From NCBI GenBank assembly GCA_038881315.1, contig JAVZQA010000008.1, positions 1-24,000 on the forward strand: 24,000 nucleotides of DNA, read 5' to 3'. The position numbers and the translations under genes are program-made. How positions within the stretch are numbered: the first letter of the stretch is position 1; each line of letters starts with the position of its first letter. Below are positions 1 through 7,472 of the stretch, in pieces. The notes below the pieces were generated by a model. That model saw only the letters and a list, made by a program, of their open reading frames with translations, did not search any database and was not told where the DNA came from. The stretch comes from Methanomassiliicoccales archaeon. Its GTDB lineage: Archaea > Thermoplasmatota > Thermoplasmata > Sysuiplasmatales > Sysuiplasmataceae.

Positions 1-301
1 CTGCATCCTTCGCGAACCCGCCAAGGACCTTGCAGACATCATCTTCACATTTCATACCCTCGAGCTTTATGTCCGCCTTCTCGACGACCACCTCGCTGTC
101 CTCAGGGTAGAGTTTCTTCAATATGGCGGCAAGCTGCTTCTCATCCGCCTTCGTGGGGCACTCCGGTTTCAGGTGCACTTTGCCGTCGTCGTCCCTGTAG
201 GCGTGCAGAAGGCAGGCAGCCTCGCTTACGAACATCGTCGCTATGGTTCTCCGTCCTTCCTCCCCGGTCTCGTCTGCACTCTGGACTTTCACTTCATTCA
301 T
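1..301 (-). CDS. Hypothetical protein of the integrated element. The N-terminal 100 aa are visible; the C-terminus lies beyond the window edge.
   Basis: Not in the ORF track because there is no stop in the window. ATG at 301..299 overlaps the TGA stop (300..298) of the upstream ORF by 4 nt (ATGA). The frame stays open to position 1. Translation: MNEVKVQSADETGEEGRRTIATMFVSEAACLLHAYRDDDGKVHLKPECPTKADEKQLAAILKKLYPEDSEVVVEKADIKLEGMKCEDDVCKVLGGFAKDA. No family recognised. Confidence 0.4.
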   Translation of the reverse strand, partial: MNEVKVQSADETGEEGRRTIATMFVSEAACLLHAYRDDDGKVHLKPECPTKADEKQLAAILKKLYPEDSEVVVEKADIKLEGMKCEDDVCKVLGGFAKDA

Positions 302-480
302 CTGAACCTCAGCCCCTGTGACTTGAGCAGCATGCGCTCATCGGGAAGATAGCGCCTGATGACATCGCCGAAGCTGTCCCCGTAGCCGTTCTTGAGCAAC
401 CTGAGGCGCTCATACAGCTGACCGTCTATCATGACTTGGCGGAAACCCCTTTCACGGTAACCGTTACCTGCCATCTTCAC
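298..480 (-). CDS. Small antitoxin-like / RHH-type protein, resembling the archaeal COG1753 'putative antitoxin' (VapB-like) family
   Basis: The 60-aa ORF contains VMIDGQLYERLRLLKNGYGDSFGDVIRRYL. This resembles the family pattern I.I.d.vYe.L...K....SFSdvIr.Ll, recalled from memory. The track start at 480 is GTG; an ATG lies at 474. A TATA-like tatatttata (498-507) sits about 25-30 nt upstream. Confidence 0.5.
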   Translation of the reverse strand: MKMAGNGYRERGFRQVMIDGQLYERLRLLKNGYGDSFGDVIRRYLPDERMLLKSQGLRFR

Positions 481-497
481 TCATATCGACAGGCATC

Positions 498-524
498 TAT
501 ATTTATAGTTGCACTGTTATAATT
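498..524. promoter_or_regulatory. Candidate divergent promoter pair (two TATA-like boxes) between the antitoxin-like ORF and the zinc-ribbon ORF
   Basis: tatatttata (498-507) lies about 25-30 nt from the minus-strand start (474/480). ttataatt (517-524) lies about 23-30 nt from the plus-strand ATG at 547. This spacing fits archaeal leaderless or short-leader promoters. Confidence 0.3.
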
Positions 525-546
525 GTTGTTGTTCCGAATGCCTGCA

Positions 547-675
547 ATGAAGTGCACTCGGTGCGGCTATCAGTGGAGGGCGCGTGTCCAGGCGCCGAAG
601 AAGTGCCCCTACTGCCAGTCATGGCTGCCGCCATGGAGCGAGCGTCTCCCACACCTGTCCGAGAATGGTCAGTGA
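547..675 (+). CDS. 42-aa zinc-ribbon protein (CxxC...CxxC). It is below the 60-aa cutoff of the ORF track.
   Basis: ATG at 547 to TGA at 673-675. Translation: MKCTRCGYQWRARVQAPKKCPYCQSWLPPWSERLPHLSENGQ. Two CxxC pairs 16 residues apart, small size and a TATA-like box upstream are typical of small zinc-ribbon ORFs of archaeal plasmids and viruses. Confidence 0.4.
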   Translation: MKCTRCGYQWRARVQAPKKCPYCQSWLPPWSERLPHLSENGQ

Positions 676-744
676 AGTGTGGACATCGGGAGGTTAATCG
701 TGCCTGCAATGCGTTCCTGCTTCGTTCCATACCTGGAACAGCTG

Positions 745-1095
745 TTATCGCTGCGTCTTGCAACCGTTCGCGTGGTGCCAGCCTGATTCGAAGGCATATT
801 TCACAAGGGCCCTGTGCATTTCGTCGTTTGGTTGGCAGTACATCGGTTTCCTGCACACGCTGCACCAGAATGTGAGACGGTATGTCTTCCTCGCGTCCTC
901 ATAACCCTGCCTATAGGCGCTGTTGACAGCCTCCTGCACCTTTGCACCGCTGAGCATCGCGTTCCTGATTGTCTCGGTGTAGCTCGAGTCGCCACGAACC
1001 GAGTCTATCCACTCCTTGACATCTTCAGAAACACGGAAGGAGACATTAGGGTGCGTCCCGTCATACCTGATTTTCGATGGACTTCTTGAAGACAT
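745..1095 (-). CDS. Hypothetical DNA-binding protein of the element, with an RHH/CopG-like N-terminus and a Cys/His-rich C-terminus
   Basis: 116-aa ORF. PNVSFRVSEDVKEWIDSV looks like the beta-strand plus helix of a ribbon-helix-helix. The C-terminus has CSVC...HHANGC, a possible zinc site. It lies immediately downstream of the TACCATAT repeat cluster. The overlapping ORFs 503-865, 552-875, 801-995 and 814-1089 are judged spurious. Confidence 0.5.
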   Translation of the reverse strand: MSSRSPSKIRYDGTHPNVSFRVSEDVKEWIDSVRGDSSYTETIRNAMLSGAKVQEAVNSAYRQGYEDARKTYRLTFWCSVCRKPMYCQPNDEMHRALVKYAFESGWHHANGCKTQR

Positions 1096-1100
1096 GGGTT

Positions 1101-1198
1101 GTTCCGCTTACCATATGGACTTACATTCGGATTACCATATAGGATGACGTTCCGCTTACGTTCGTACTACCATATCCGCCTACCATATCGACTTACAT
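1101..1198. repeat. Iteron-like direct repeat cluster: 4x TACCATAT, 2x GTTCCGCTTAC, 2x GACTTACAT
   Basis: TACCATAT occurs at 1109-1116, 1133-1140, 1168-1175 and 1181-1188. GTTCCGCTTAC occurs at 1101-1111 and 1149-1159. GACTTACAT occurs at 1119-1127 and 1190-1198. All fall in the roughly 100-bp gap between the integrase 3' end and the start of the RHH-like ORF. Confidence 0.75.
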
Positions 1199-2356
1199 CA
1201 CCAATTGACCGGCTCGGACTGTCAGCCTTACGCGCGCGCGTGTAACCCCCTTTATCCGTGGTTGTAGATACGGCGCACGGCACTGCCGGCGCAGCGCGGT
1301 ACGCTTGCATATACACAGCAACGGGTGCAGCACATGCCCGTTTCCGTTCCCTGCCTCGCCTGTTTCAATGCCGTTCATCTTGCACAGGGCACGATCGACG
1401 TCCGCGCCGGACAGGTGCACATACACGCTCGCCATCTTCGAGTCGTTGACCCATCCGAGCATCGCCTTCAGCTGCTGCTCCGTCAGCGCTTTTGCCAGGA
1501 CTGTCGCCCTTGCATGCCTGTAGCTGTGCGGATTGACCCTCTTCCTTATACCACACCCGGCAGCGACCACCTGCAATGTCTTCCTTGGGGCGGCGTATTC
1601 CCACCGCTCCGTGCTCCCCGCCCTTTCCATTGATGTCCACAGGGGCATGGGCGGTTCTGCCGACGGATGCGCGTTGAGCCATTCGGCAATTGCGCCGGAG
1701 GATGCGATGAGAAGCACGCGCCGCGCGCCGGTTTTCCCGCGGGGTATGTGAACCGTGTAGCCGTATTCTGACGATGACACCGATCCGACCGTAAGCGACA
1801 GCCATTCGCCTATCCTGGCACCGCTCTCGTACAGCGACAGGATGAACGCCCTGTCCATGGGATTCGGTGCGGCCCCGGCCATGCGCTTAATCTCCTCTTC
1901 CGTCAGCAGCGACTCGGGCAGCCTCCTGTCGTTCGCCTTCGTACCCGTCTTCAGCCACCTGACCTCTTCTGGATACTCCTCTGCATTCTCGCCGTTGCGC
2001 AGCCACCTGACGAACATCTTCACAACCTCGCGCTCGGTCCGCTTGGTCTCGGGAGAGGTGGCCTCCACGTTGGTATGTTCGACGAACTCCATGACATCCT
2101 CCCTGGTGATGCCTTTCAGCTGCCTACCCGTGACACGTGACAGCTTGCGCAACACGGACAGGTAACGTACCTGCCTGGGAATGCTCAGTCCCTGCGCATT
2201 CCTGAACCTGATGTACTCCCTGATGATTTTCCTGTTTCCAGGCGGGATCGTTCCGTCCCGGTCGAGCAATTTCAGTGCCTGTCCGAGCCTTCTGCCGTAG
2301 TGGTGAATGTCAGCGGGGTCATGCATGCCTGAGAGTAAATAAGTATGGTAATTCAA
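1193..2356 (-). CDS. int: Tyrosine recombinase / integrase (XerC/D-like phage-integrase family)
   Basis: 387-aa ORF with catalytic-type motifs: SGARIGEW (Arg I), RGKTGARRV (Lys region), HSYRHARAT (H-x-x-R) and MASVYVHLSG (Tyr nucleophile). It also has an N-terminal SAM-like region. The track start at 2356 is TTG; ATG at about 2326 (MHDPADIHH...) is an alternative. There is an unusually long tail of about 65 aa after the Tyr. Confidence 0.85.
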   Translation of the reverse strand: MNYHTYLLSGMHDPADIHHYGRRLGQALKLLDRDGTIPPGNRKIIREYIRFRNAQGLSIPRQVRYLSVLRKLSRVTGRQLKGITREDVMEFVEHTNVEATSPETKRTEREVVKMFVRWLRNGENAEEYPEEVRWLKTGTKANDRRLPESLLTEEEIKRMAGAAPNPMDRAFILSLYESGARIGEWLSLTVGSVSSSEYGYTVHIPRGKTGARRVLLIASSGAIAEWLNAHPSAEPPMPLWTSMERAGSTERWEYAAPRKTLQVVAAGCGIRKRVNPHSYRHARATVLAKALTEQQLKAMLGWVNDSKMASVYVHLSGADVDRALCKMNGIETGEAGNGNGHVLHPLLCICKRTALRRQCRAPYLQPRIKGVTRARVRLTVRAGQLVM

Positions 2357-2369
2357 ACCTTGAGTTGGA

Positions 2370-2466
2370 TGCGGGAGGAGGGATTTGAACCCACGAACCC
2401 CTTCGGGACAGAATTTCTCCTTGAACCTTAAGTCCTGCGCTTTTGGCCAGTCTTAGCTACTCCCGC
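2370..2466 (-). tRNA. tRNA-Leu(UAA), class II with a long variable arm and a putative 12-nt intron at 37/38
   Basis: Hand-folded from the reverse complement. Acceptor GCGGGAG/CTCCCGC; D stem GCT/AGC; anticodon stem CAGGA/TTCTG; loop CTTAAG..A. Insert gttcaaggagaa is at 2415-2426. Variable arm TCCCGAAGGGGTTC; T arm GTGGG-TTCAAAT-CCCTC with one U:U mismatch. Discriminator A at 2370; no encoded CCA. Confidence 0.8.
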
Positions 2467-2566
2467 TGTTCTCAGGCTTTTGCAGTTTCGCTGCTCTGCC
2501 TGACGTGATGTCACAATAGTAATCAATATATTTCTATGCAGTCTCAATAGCTGAAGTGGTAATCAC

Positions 2567-4069
2567 ATGGAAAAATTCGGTCTCTTTATCAATGGCAAAT
2601 GGGTGGAGCCAAGCAGCGCCGATCGTTTTGAAACTCGCAATCCATCAGATGGTAAACCACTCGCGTCGTTTCCATCTGCAAACGCAAAGGACGTGAGCCG
2701 AGCAGTTGATGCTGCAGCGGATGCCTTCGAGAAATGGAGGCAGATACCTGCACCGATGCGTGGTGAACTGCTGCTCGAAGCTGCACTTAATATACAAAGG
2801 AGGAAAGAGGAACTTGCAAAACTTGTATCAACCGAAATGGGCAAGGTGATTGCTGAGGCCAGAGGGGAGGTTCAGGAAGCGATTGATTTTTTCAAGTACA
2901 TTGCGGGGGAGGGAAGACGTCTTTTTGGTGAAACCACCCCCTCAGAACTCCCTCAGAAATTCAATATGACCGTGCGGCTGCCGAAGGGGCCTGTTGCTCT
3001 AATAACACCCTGGAACTTTCCGATTTCCATCCCATCCTGGAAAATGGGGGCAGCACTCATATCCGGCTGCACTTTGGTACTTAAGCCTGCATCCGACACT
3101 CCTCTATGTGCAGCGAAGTTCATTGAGGTTGTTAATGAGGCAGGTTTCCCACCTGGCGTAATCAATATGGTGACGGGCCAGGGGGCTGTAGCAGGCACTG
3201 CTCTCATTGAGCATGAGAAAATTAGGGCTGTCTCCTTTACAGGTGGCGTCTCAACTGGAAGGGAGGTATATTCATCTGGCGCCCGCCGTCTCATTCAAGT
3301 GCATCTCGAACTTGGTGGAAAGAATCCGCTTATAGTGATGGACGATGCGAATGTGGAACTTGCGGTGGAAGGCACGCTCTTCGGTGCATTCGGCACTGCA
3401 GGACAGCGCTGCACCGCAACAAGCAGACTTCTGGTTCACAGGGATGTCTATGAGCAGGTACTGGACAAGCTGGTTGAAAGGGTTGAGAGATTCAGAATAG
3501 GAAATCCGCTGGAAGAAGAGACAGATATGGGACCTGTCATAAACAGAAAGGCAAGAGACAGCATTCTCAATTATATAGAAAGTGGAAAGGAGGAAGGTGG
3601 AAAGATCATTACAGGCGGCCACGCGCTGGAGCGCGGTGAGTTCTCTGCTGGCAACTATGTGGAACCAACCATTATTGAGACAAAACATGGCACTCGCATA
3701 AGCAGGGAGGAAATCTTTGGACCTGTGCTTTCCGTAATTCGCTGCGGAGACCTCAAAGAGGCATTCCGAATTGCTAACGATGTGCCGTATGGTCTTAGCT
3801 CCTCCATATATACGAGAAATTTGAAAACCGCTCTTCAGGCAATTACTGAACTACAGTCCGGCATTACATATGTCAATGCGCCAACTATCGGTGCCGAGAT
3901 ACATCTTCCCTTCGGAGGCGTCAAGAATACAGGCACGGGTGGCAGGGAGGCAGGCAGTGTAGCGATAGAGGAGTTCACTGAGCTCAAGAGCGTATTCATA
4001 GATTACAGTGACAGACTGCAGAAGGCACAGATCGATACCCTTTCCAGGTTCAAGGAGGTAGCAGACTAG
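2567..4069 (+). CDS. NAD(P)+-dependent aldehyde dehydrogenase (ALDH superfamily)
   Basis: 500 aa. Motifs: ITPWNFP, catalytic-Glu motif ELGGKNP, catalytic-Cys motif GQRCTA, EEIFGPV. Substrate cannot be assigned from sequence. Confidence 0.9.
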   Translation: MEKFGLFINGKWVEPSSADRFETRNPSDGKPLASFPSANAKDVSRAVDAAADAFEKWRQIPAPMRGELLLEAALNIQRRKEELAKLVSTEMGKVIAEARGEVQEAIDFFKYIAGEGRRLFGETTPSELPQKFNMTVRLPKGPVALITPWNFPISIPSWKMGAALISGCTLVLKPASDTPLCAAKFIEVVNEAGFPPGVINMVTGQGAVAGTALIEHEKIRAVSFTGGVSTGREVYSSGARRLIQVHLELGGKNPLIVMDDANVELAVEGTLFGAFGTAGQRCTATSRLLVHRDVYEQVLDKLVERVERFRIGNPLEEETDMGPVINRKARDSILNYIESGKEEGGKIITGGHALERGEFSAGNYVEPTIIETKHGTRISREEIFGPVLSVIRCGDLKEAFRIANDVPYGLSSSIYTRNLKTALQAITELQSGITYVNAPTIGAEIHLPFGGVKNTGTGGREAGSVAIEEFTELKSVFIDYSDRLQKAQIDTLSRFKEVAD

Positions 4070-4075
4070 AATAAA

Positions 4076-4648
4076 TCAGGCTCTGCCTGTCGACTCTCCT
4101 GTAGATACCGCTCCTGCGAATATGTGGGCGAGCCTCAGTGGTTCAGGATAATTCCCCCTCACTATGGAGGCATCAACGAGTTCCAGGGTTTCCTTCTTGG
4201 ACATACCAGCACTGCTCACATACAATTTCCATCTTGGAGTCTCCAGTCTGTAGGGTGTGTACTGCTTGATAGTCGAGAACCTGCGTTCCCAGTCATCAAA
4301 ATGTTTGACTAGCGCATCTCTAATCGCCTCCAAATCCGGCATGTGCCTGGTTACGCTAATCAGGGGAACGCCAGTCTTCCTCTTCACCTCCTCCAAATCG
4401 ATAACATTGAATCCGCCAAAGGCTATACCGTCTATCATTATGGCCCGTATCTGTTCCTTCAACCTGGAAGAGGCCACCGTCTCTATCACTCTCTCTGTGG
4501 CATCTTTTCCATCTATCTCGCATGCAGAAATCACTGCTGCCTCAACATAAGACGGGAGACGGGCTACTATGCCCACCACAGGCACCTGCCCGCTTCTTGA
4601 TGAAAAGCGACCGTCGTCAAAAGCAATAACGCGTGTCTGTCTCTTCAA
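4076..4648 (-). CDS. DUF99 / UPF0215 family protein (uncharacterised archaeal family)
   Basis: 190 aa. RVIAFDDGRF near the N-terminus and IMIDGIAFGGFNVID are characteristic of the archaeal UPF0215/DUF99 family, recalled from memory. It is the last gene of a tight minus-strand operon with pth2. Confidence 0.65.
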   Translation of the reverse strand: MKRQTRVIAFDDGRFSSRSGQVPVVGIVARLPSYVEAAVISACEIDGKDATERVIETVASSRLKEQIRAIMIDGIAFGGFNVIDLEEVKRKTGVPLISVTRHMPDLEAIRDALVKHFDDWERRFSTIKQYTPYRLETPRWKLYVSSAGMSKKETLELVDASIVRGNYPEPLRLAHIFAGAVSTGESTGRA

Positions 4649-4650
4649 GC

Positions 4651-4992
4651 CTACATCAGAGGCAGTCTACGTGTGATCGGGTCTATTTCTTCTTCTCTAC
4701 CAGGACCAATGCCTATGCAGGTGACTGTGCCTGGCGGGATTTCTGTCAAACCGGCATCTTCGATAACACTGAATATTACGCCCTTCTTGTACGCTATTTC
4801 CTTGAGCAAATATATTTCGTCAATACCCTGTGCCTTCACCACAACCTTTCTTTGCCCCTCCCTGTACCATGCATCGAAAAGCTCCTTCTCCCTCTTTTCA
4901 CACTGAATGGTACAGGAAACTGCTGCATGGGCCACTTGCACAGCCATCTTGCCAGGTGACAGTTTCAGATCGTTTCTGACAGCTACCACCAA
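4651..4992 (-). CDS. pth2: Peptidyl-tRNA hydrolase, archaeal type (Pth2)
   Basis: 113 aa. VAVRNDLKLSPGKMAVQVAHAAV and IEDAGLTEIPPGTVTCIGIGP closely match the Pth2 family. The start is TTG at 4992, followed by GTG. Confidence 0.9.
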   Translation of the reverse strand: MVVAVRNDLKLSPGKMAVQVAHAAVSCTIQCEKREKELFDAWYREGQRKVVVKAQGIDEIYLLKEIAYKKGVIFSVIEDAGLTEIPPGTVTCIGIGPGREEEIDPITRRLPLM

Positions 4993-4999
4993 CTTGTAT

Positions 5000-5314
5000 T
5001 CAAGTCTCTTTTCCTGCAGTTATATTCCTCCGTTCAACTGTATTGTGATTTCTTAGAGCACCTGCTATTAAGGCAACAACGGAAATTGCTACCGTTGCCA
5101 GATATAGCCACTCTATGCTGAATGCAGTGTGTGTATATTGCGAAATAAGCAATAGTGCTGTCACAGAAAGGCTGAGTGCCGCAAAACCTGTGCCAATTGA
5201 ATATGTTAACAGCCAGGACATATGCGTTATTGACGGCCTCACCGCGTATGAAATACAGAGGCCGGGTATGGCCACCGAGGCTAGGAGCCACAGAGTGCCA
5301 TATGCAGCCATCAT
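5000..5314 (-). CDS. Small hypothetical membrane protein (about 3 TM segments)
   Basis: 104-aa hydrophobic ORF, 7 nt upstream of pth2 on the same strand. No recognisable family. Confidence 0.5.
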   Translation of the reverse strand: MMAAYGTLWLLASVAIPGLCISYAVRPSITHMSWLLTYSIGTGFAALSLSVTALLLISQYTHTAFSIEWLYLATVAISVVALIAGALRNHNTVERRNITAGKET

Positions 5315-5361
5315 CCCTTCTACAATCCGGTTTATCTATTAAATAAGGATCGTGTGGCCGA

Positions 5362-7299
5362 ATGAAATCCGATATGGAGATACTCTTCAGGGATGGTGCA
5401 GCCAGAATTGCACGTTTTCGGACTCCGCATGGTCATGTGGAGACACCCGCAATCATGCCTGTCATAAATCCTTCCAAAATGCTTCTCACCCCCTCCGAGA
5501 TGAAGAAGGAGTTCGGAACGCAGATTGTGATAACCAATTCATACATTATCCGACGGAATGACGAGCTCAGGGAGAAGGCTGCTAGGGAGGGAGTGCATGG
5601 CCTGCTATCCTTCGATGGCCCGATAATGACAGACAGCGGGACATTCCAGACGCATGAATATCCTGTTGCTATAGATCCGGACGAAATTTTCAGGTTTCAG
5701 TTAACGATTGGAAGTGATATAGTCACAGTCTTAGACGTCTTTACAGAACCTGATTGCGGAAGGGACAAGGCACGCAGCGCAGTGAAGGAGACAGTACGAA
5801 GAACACAAAAAGCAGTTTTGGAGAATTCAACAGAGCAGCTTGTCTCCGGCACCATTCAAGGTTCTCTTTTCGCCGACATCAGGGAGGAAGCAGGGCATAT
5901 GCTTTCATCGGCAGGTATCGATTATTGCTCAATAGGTGGTGTTGTTCCGCTTATGGAACAGCAGCGTTTCAGTGAGCTGATCGCTGTAATTGGCGCCTCA
6001 ACAAGAAAGATAAACAGAGCTCTCCCCCTCCATCTTTTCGGCGCGGGACATCCTTCGATAATGCCGCTTGCAGTTTTGCTTGGCTGCGATCTTTTCGACT
6101 CTGCCTCCTATGTGAAGTATGCAAGGGATGGCAGACTCATGTTCCCATGGGGAACAGTACATGTGACTGAGATTAGTCACTCCTTTTGTACCTGTCCTGC
6201 CTGCATTGACGGGCTCTCGGATGTCAGAATATCCTCATGGAATGGAGAGAACGAAGACATCGTGAAACTGATAGCGAGACATAACCTATATGTACTGCAG
6301 TCTGAGCTCGCTCGTATCAAACACTCCATCAGGAGCGGCACCCTTTGGAATCTGGTTCAGGAAAGGGTGCGTTCAAATCCCCGCCTTCTAGAAGCGTTCA
6401 GTGCCGCTCTATCGCAGAAAAATATTGGTGACTATGAACCGCTCTCACGGCGTCATGGCTTCAATGTATTTGACAGCCTCTCGCTCAAAATACCAGGTCT
6501 CACAATGTCAATAAGGAGGGCAAGCGAAATCAGGCCGGGGAACCGCGACCAGCTGCTGCTCCTCACAGACGGTAATCAGTATTTCTCGCGTTTCGATTTC
6601 AGCATAGCTGAGGATAAGGATGTGGCATGCATCACGCCGCTCGGTATAATACCACTCTATCTCACTGAGACCTATCCCTTTGCTCAGTCATCATGCGCTG
6701 TCTCGCTCCCATTGTCTGATCTGCAGGAATATGTCTTAATTCATGGATACAGGCATTTTTCAATAACATCCTGGAAGGAGAGACCGGCGAATGTTTTCCC
6801 GCCGCGCGCTGAGTATGTTATGCAAGCTCTCTCGGTGCTGCACTTCCAGTTCCAAAACGCCGTCAATGGTATTGATGCATTGCCGCTCGACGTTAAGTTT
6901 TCGGTAAACACAGGTAAGCTGCGCGAATTATGTCTTGATGGTCGTGAGGCATTTCACTTCAGACCTGAAGACGGGCTGTTCTCCTTACGTATGACAGGAG
7001 CTGCCTTTCTTCATTCACGGAACGTATTTCCACTACTGCGTGTAGAGTGTTCTGACGACGCAGTGCCCTTTGTACTTTCGCATAAATCTCTATTCAGCAA
7101 ATTTGTCACACGTGTGGATAGAACAATACGCCCTGGGGATGAATGTATTGTGGTTGACAGAGAAGACAGGCTCCTTGCCTGCGGCAGGGCACTGCTTGCC
7201 GGGAGTGAAATGCCGGTTCTGCGGCGCGGAGTCGCAGTAGAAATCAGGGAGAGTCTTTCAGATTTGCCACCCTTTCAGCAATCTGCAAGCAAGCAATGA
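5362..7299 (+). CDS. tgtA: Archaeosine tRNA-guanine transglycosylase (ArcTGT) with C-terminal PUA-type domains
   Basis: 645 aa. Motifs: DGAARIARFRTPHGHVETPAIMPVINP, MTDSGTFQ (catalytic Asp region), LFGAGHP, zinc motif CTCPAC...H. The long C-terminal extension ends in a PUA-like RPGDECIVVDREDRLLACGRAL. M5 at 5374 is an alternative start. Confidence 0.9.
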   Translation: MKSDMEILFRDGAARIARFRTPHGHVETPAIMPVINPSKMLLTPSEMKKEFGTQIVITNSYIIRRNDELREKAAREGVHGLLSFDGPIMTDSGTFQTHEYPVAIDPDEIFRFQLTIGSDIVTVLDVFTEPDCGRDKARSAVKETVRRTQKAVLENSTEQLVSGTIQGSLFADIREEAGHMLSSAGIDYCSIGGVVPLMEQQRFSELIAVIGASTRKINRALPLHLFGAGHPSIMPLAVLLGCDLFDSASYVKYARDGRLMFPWGTVHVTEISHSFCTCPACIDGLSDVRISSWNGENEDIVKLIARHNLYVLQSELARIKHSIRSGTLWNLVQERVRSNPRLLEAFSAALSQKNIGDYEPLSRRHGFNVFDSLSLKIPGLTMSIRRASEIRPGNRDQLLLLTDGNQYFSRFDFSIAEDKDVACITPLGIIPLYLTETYPFAQSSCAVSLPLSDLQEYVLIHGYRHFSITSWKERPANVFPPRAEYVMQALSVLHFQFQNAVNGIDALPLDVKFSVNTGKLRELCLDGREAFHFRPEDGLFSLRMTGAAFLHSRNVFPLLRVECSDDAVPFVLSHKSLFSKFVTRVDRTIRPGDECIVVDREDRLLACGRALLAGSEMPVLRRGVAVEIRESLSDLPPFQQSASKQ

Positions 7300-7471
7300 A
7301 ATCATCTAGTGTTCTCATTAGCGTCATTAGGCTCTGCGATTCGCATGAAGCCTTGATCACGCCTTTCTCCACGCTTGCTTCGATATAATTTTCATTTTCA
7401 GGGGATACCGACCTCAGGAGGGCATCCGCCTTTTCCCATGCCTCGATTTTAAGCAAAACACGTACTTTCAT
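7244..7471 (-). CDS. pcc1: Pcc1-like KEOPS complex subunit (tentative)
   Basis: 75 aa. The size and pattern A.ALLRSVSPEN...VEKGVIKASCESQSLMTLMRTLDDFIACLQIAERV resemble archaeal Pcc1: two-layer alpha/beta with A.d...LRa..n..l. The assignment is from memory only. The 3' end overlaps tgtA by 56 nt. Confidence 0.5.
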   Translation of the reverse strand: MKVRVLLKIEAWEKADALLRSVSPENENYIEASVEKGVIKASCESQSLMTLMRTLDDFIACLQIAERVANLKDSP

Positions 7472-7472
7472 T

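Larger units (their letters stand above)
1..2369. mobile_element. Right-hand end of an integrated element (plasmid- or provirus-like) inserted next to the 3' end of tRNA-Leu. It continues beyond the window start.
   Basis: A tyrosine integrase sits directly next to the tRNA 3' end. The other ORFs are small RHH, antitoxin-like and zinc-ribbon types typical of archaeal mobile elements. Composition is clearly more GC-rich than the rest of the window: hand count of 1381-1440 gives 39/60 G+C, against 27/60 for 12001-12060. Many spurious overlapping ORFs in the track also fit high GC. The second att copy is not in the window. Confidence 0.6.

Noticed and set aside
1-301. Expected a PIN-domain VapC toxin downstream of the antitoxin-like ORF
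   Set aside because: The translated 100 aa have no PIN-like N-terminal strand with a conserved Asp and none of the other acidic signature positions. I left it as hypothetical.
503-2165. Numerous overlapping 60-150-aa ORFs on both strands in the track (e.g. 503-865, 552-875, 801-995, 814-1089, 1258-1449, 1325-1633, 1365-1805, 1842-2165)
   Set aside because: They are antisense or out of frame to better-supported genes (integrase, RHH-like ORF). They have Arg/Ala/Ser/Pro/Cys-rich low-complexity composition typical of random ORFs in GC-rich DNA, and none has a recognisable motif.
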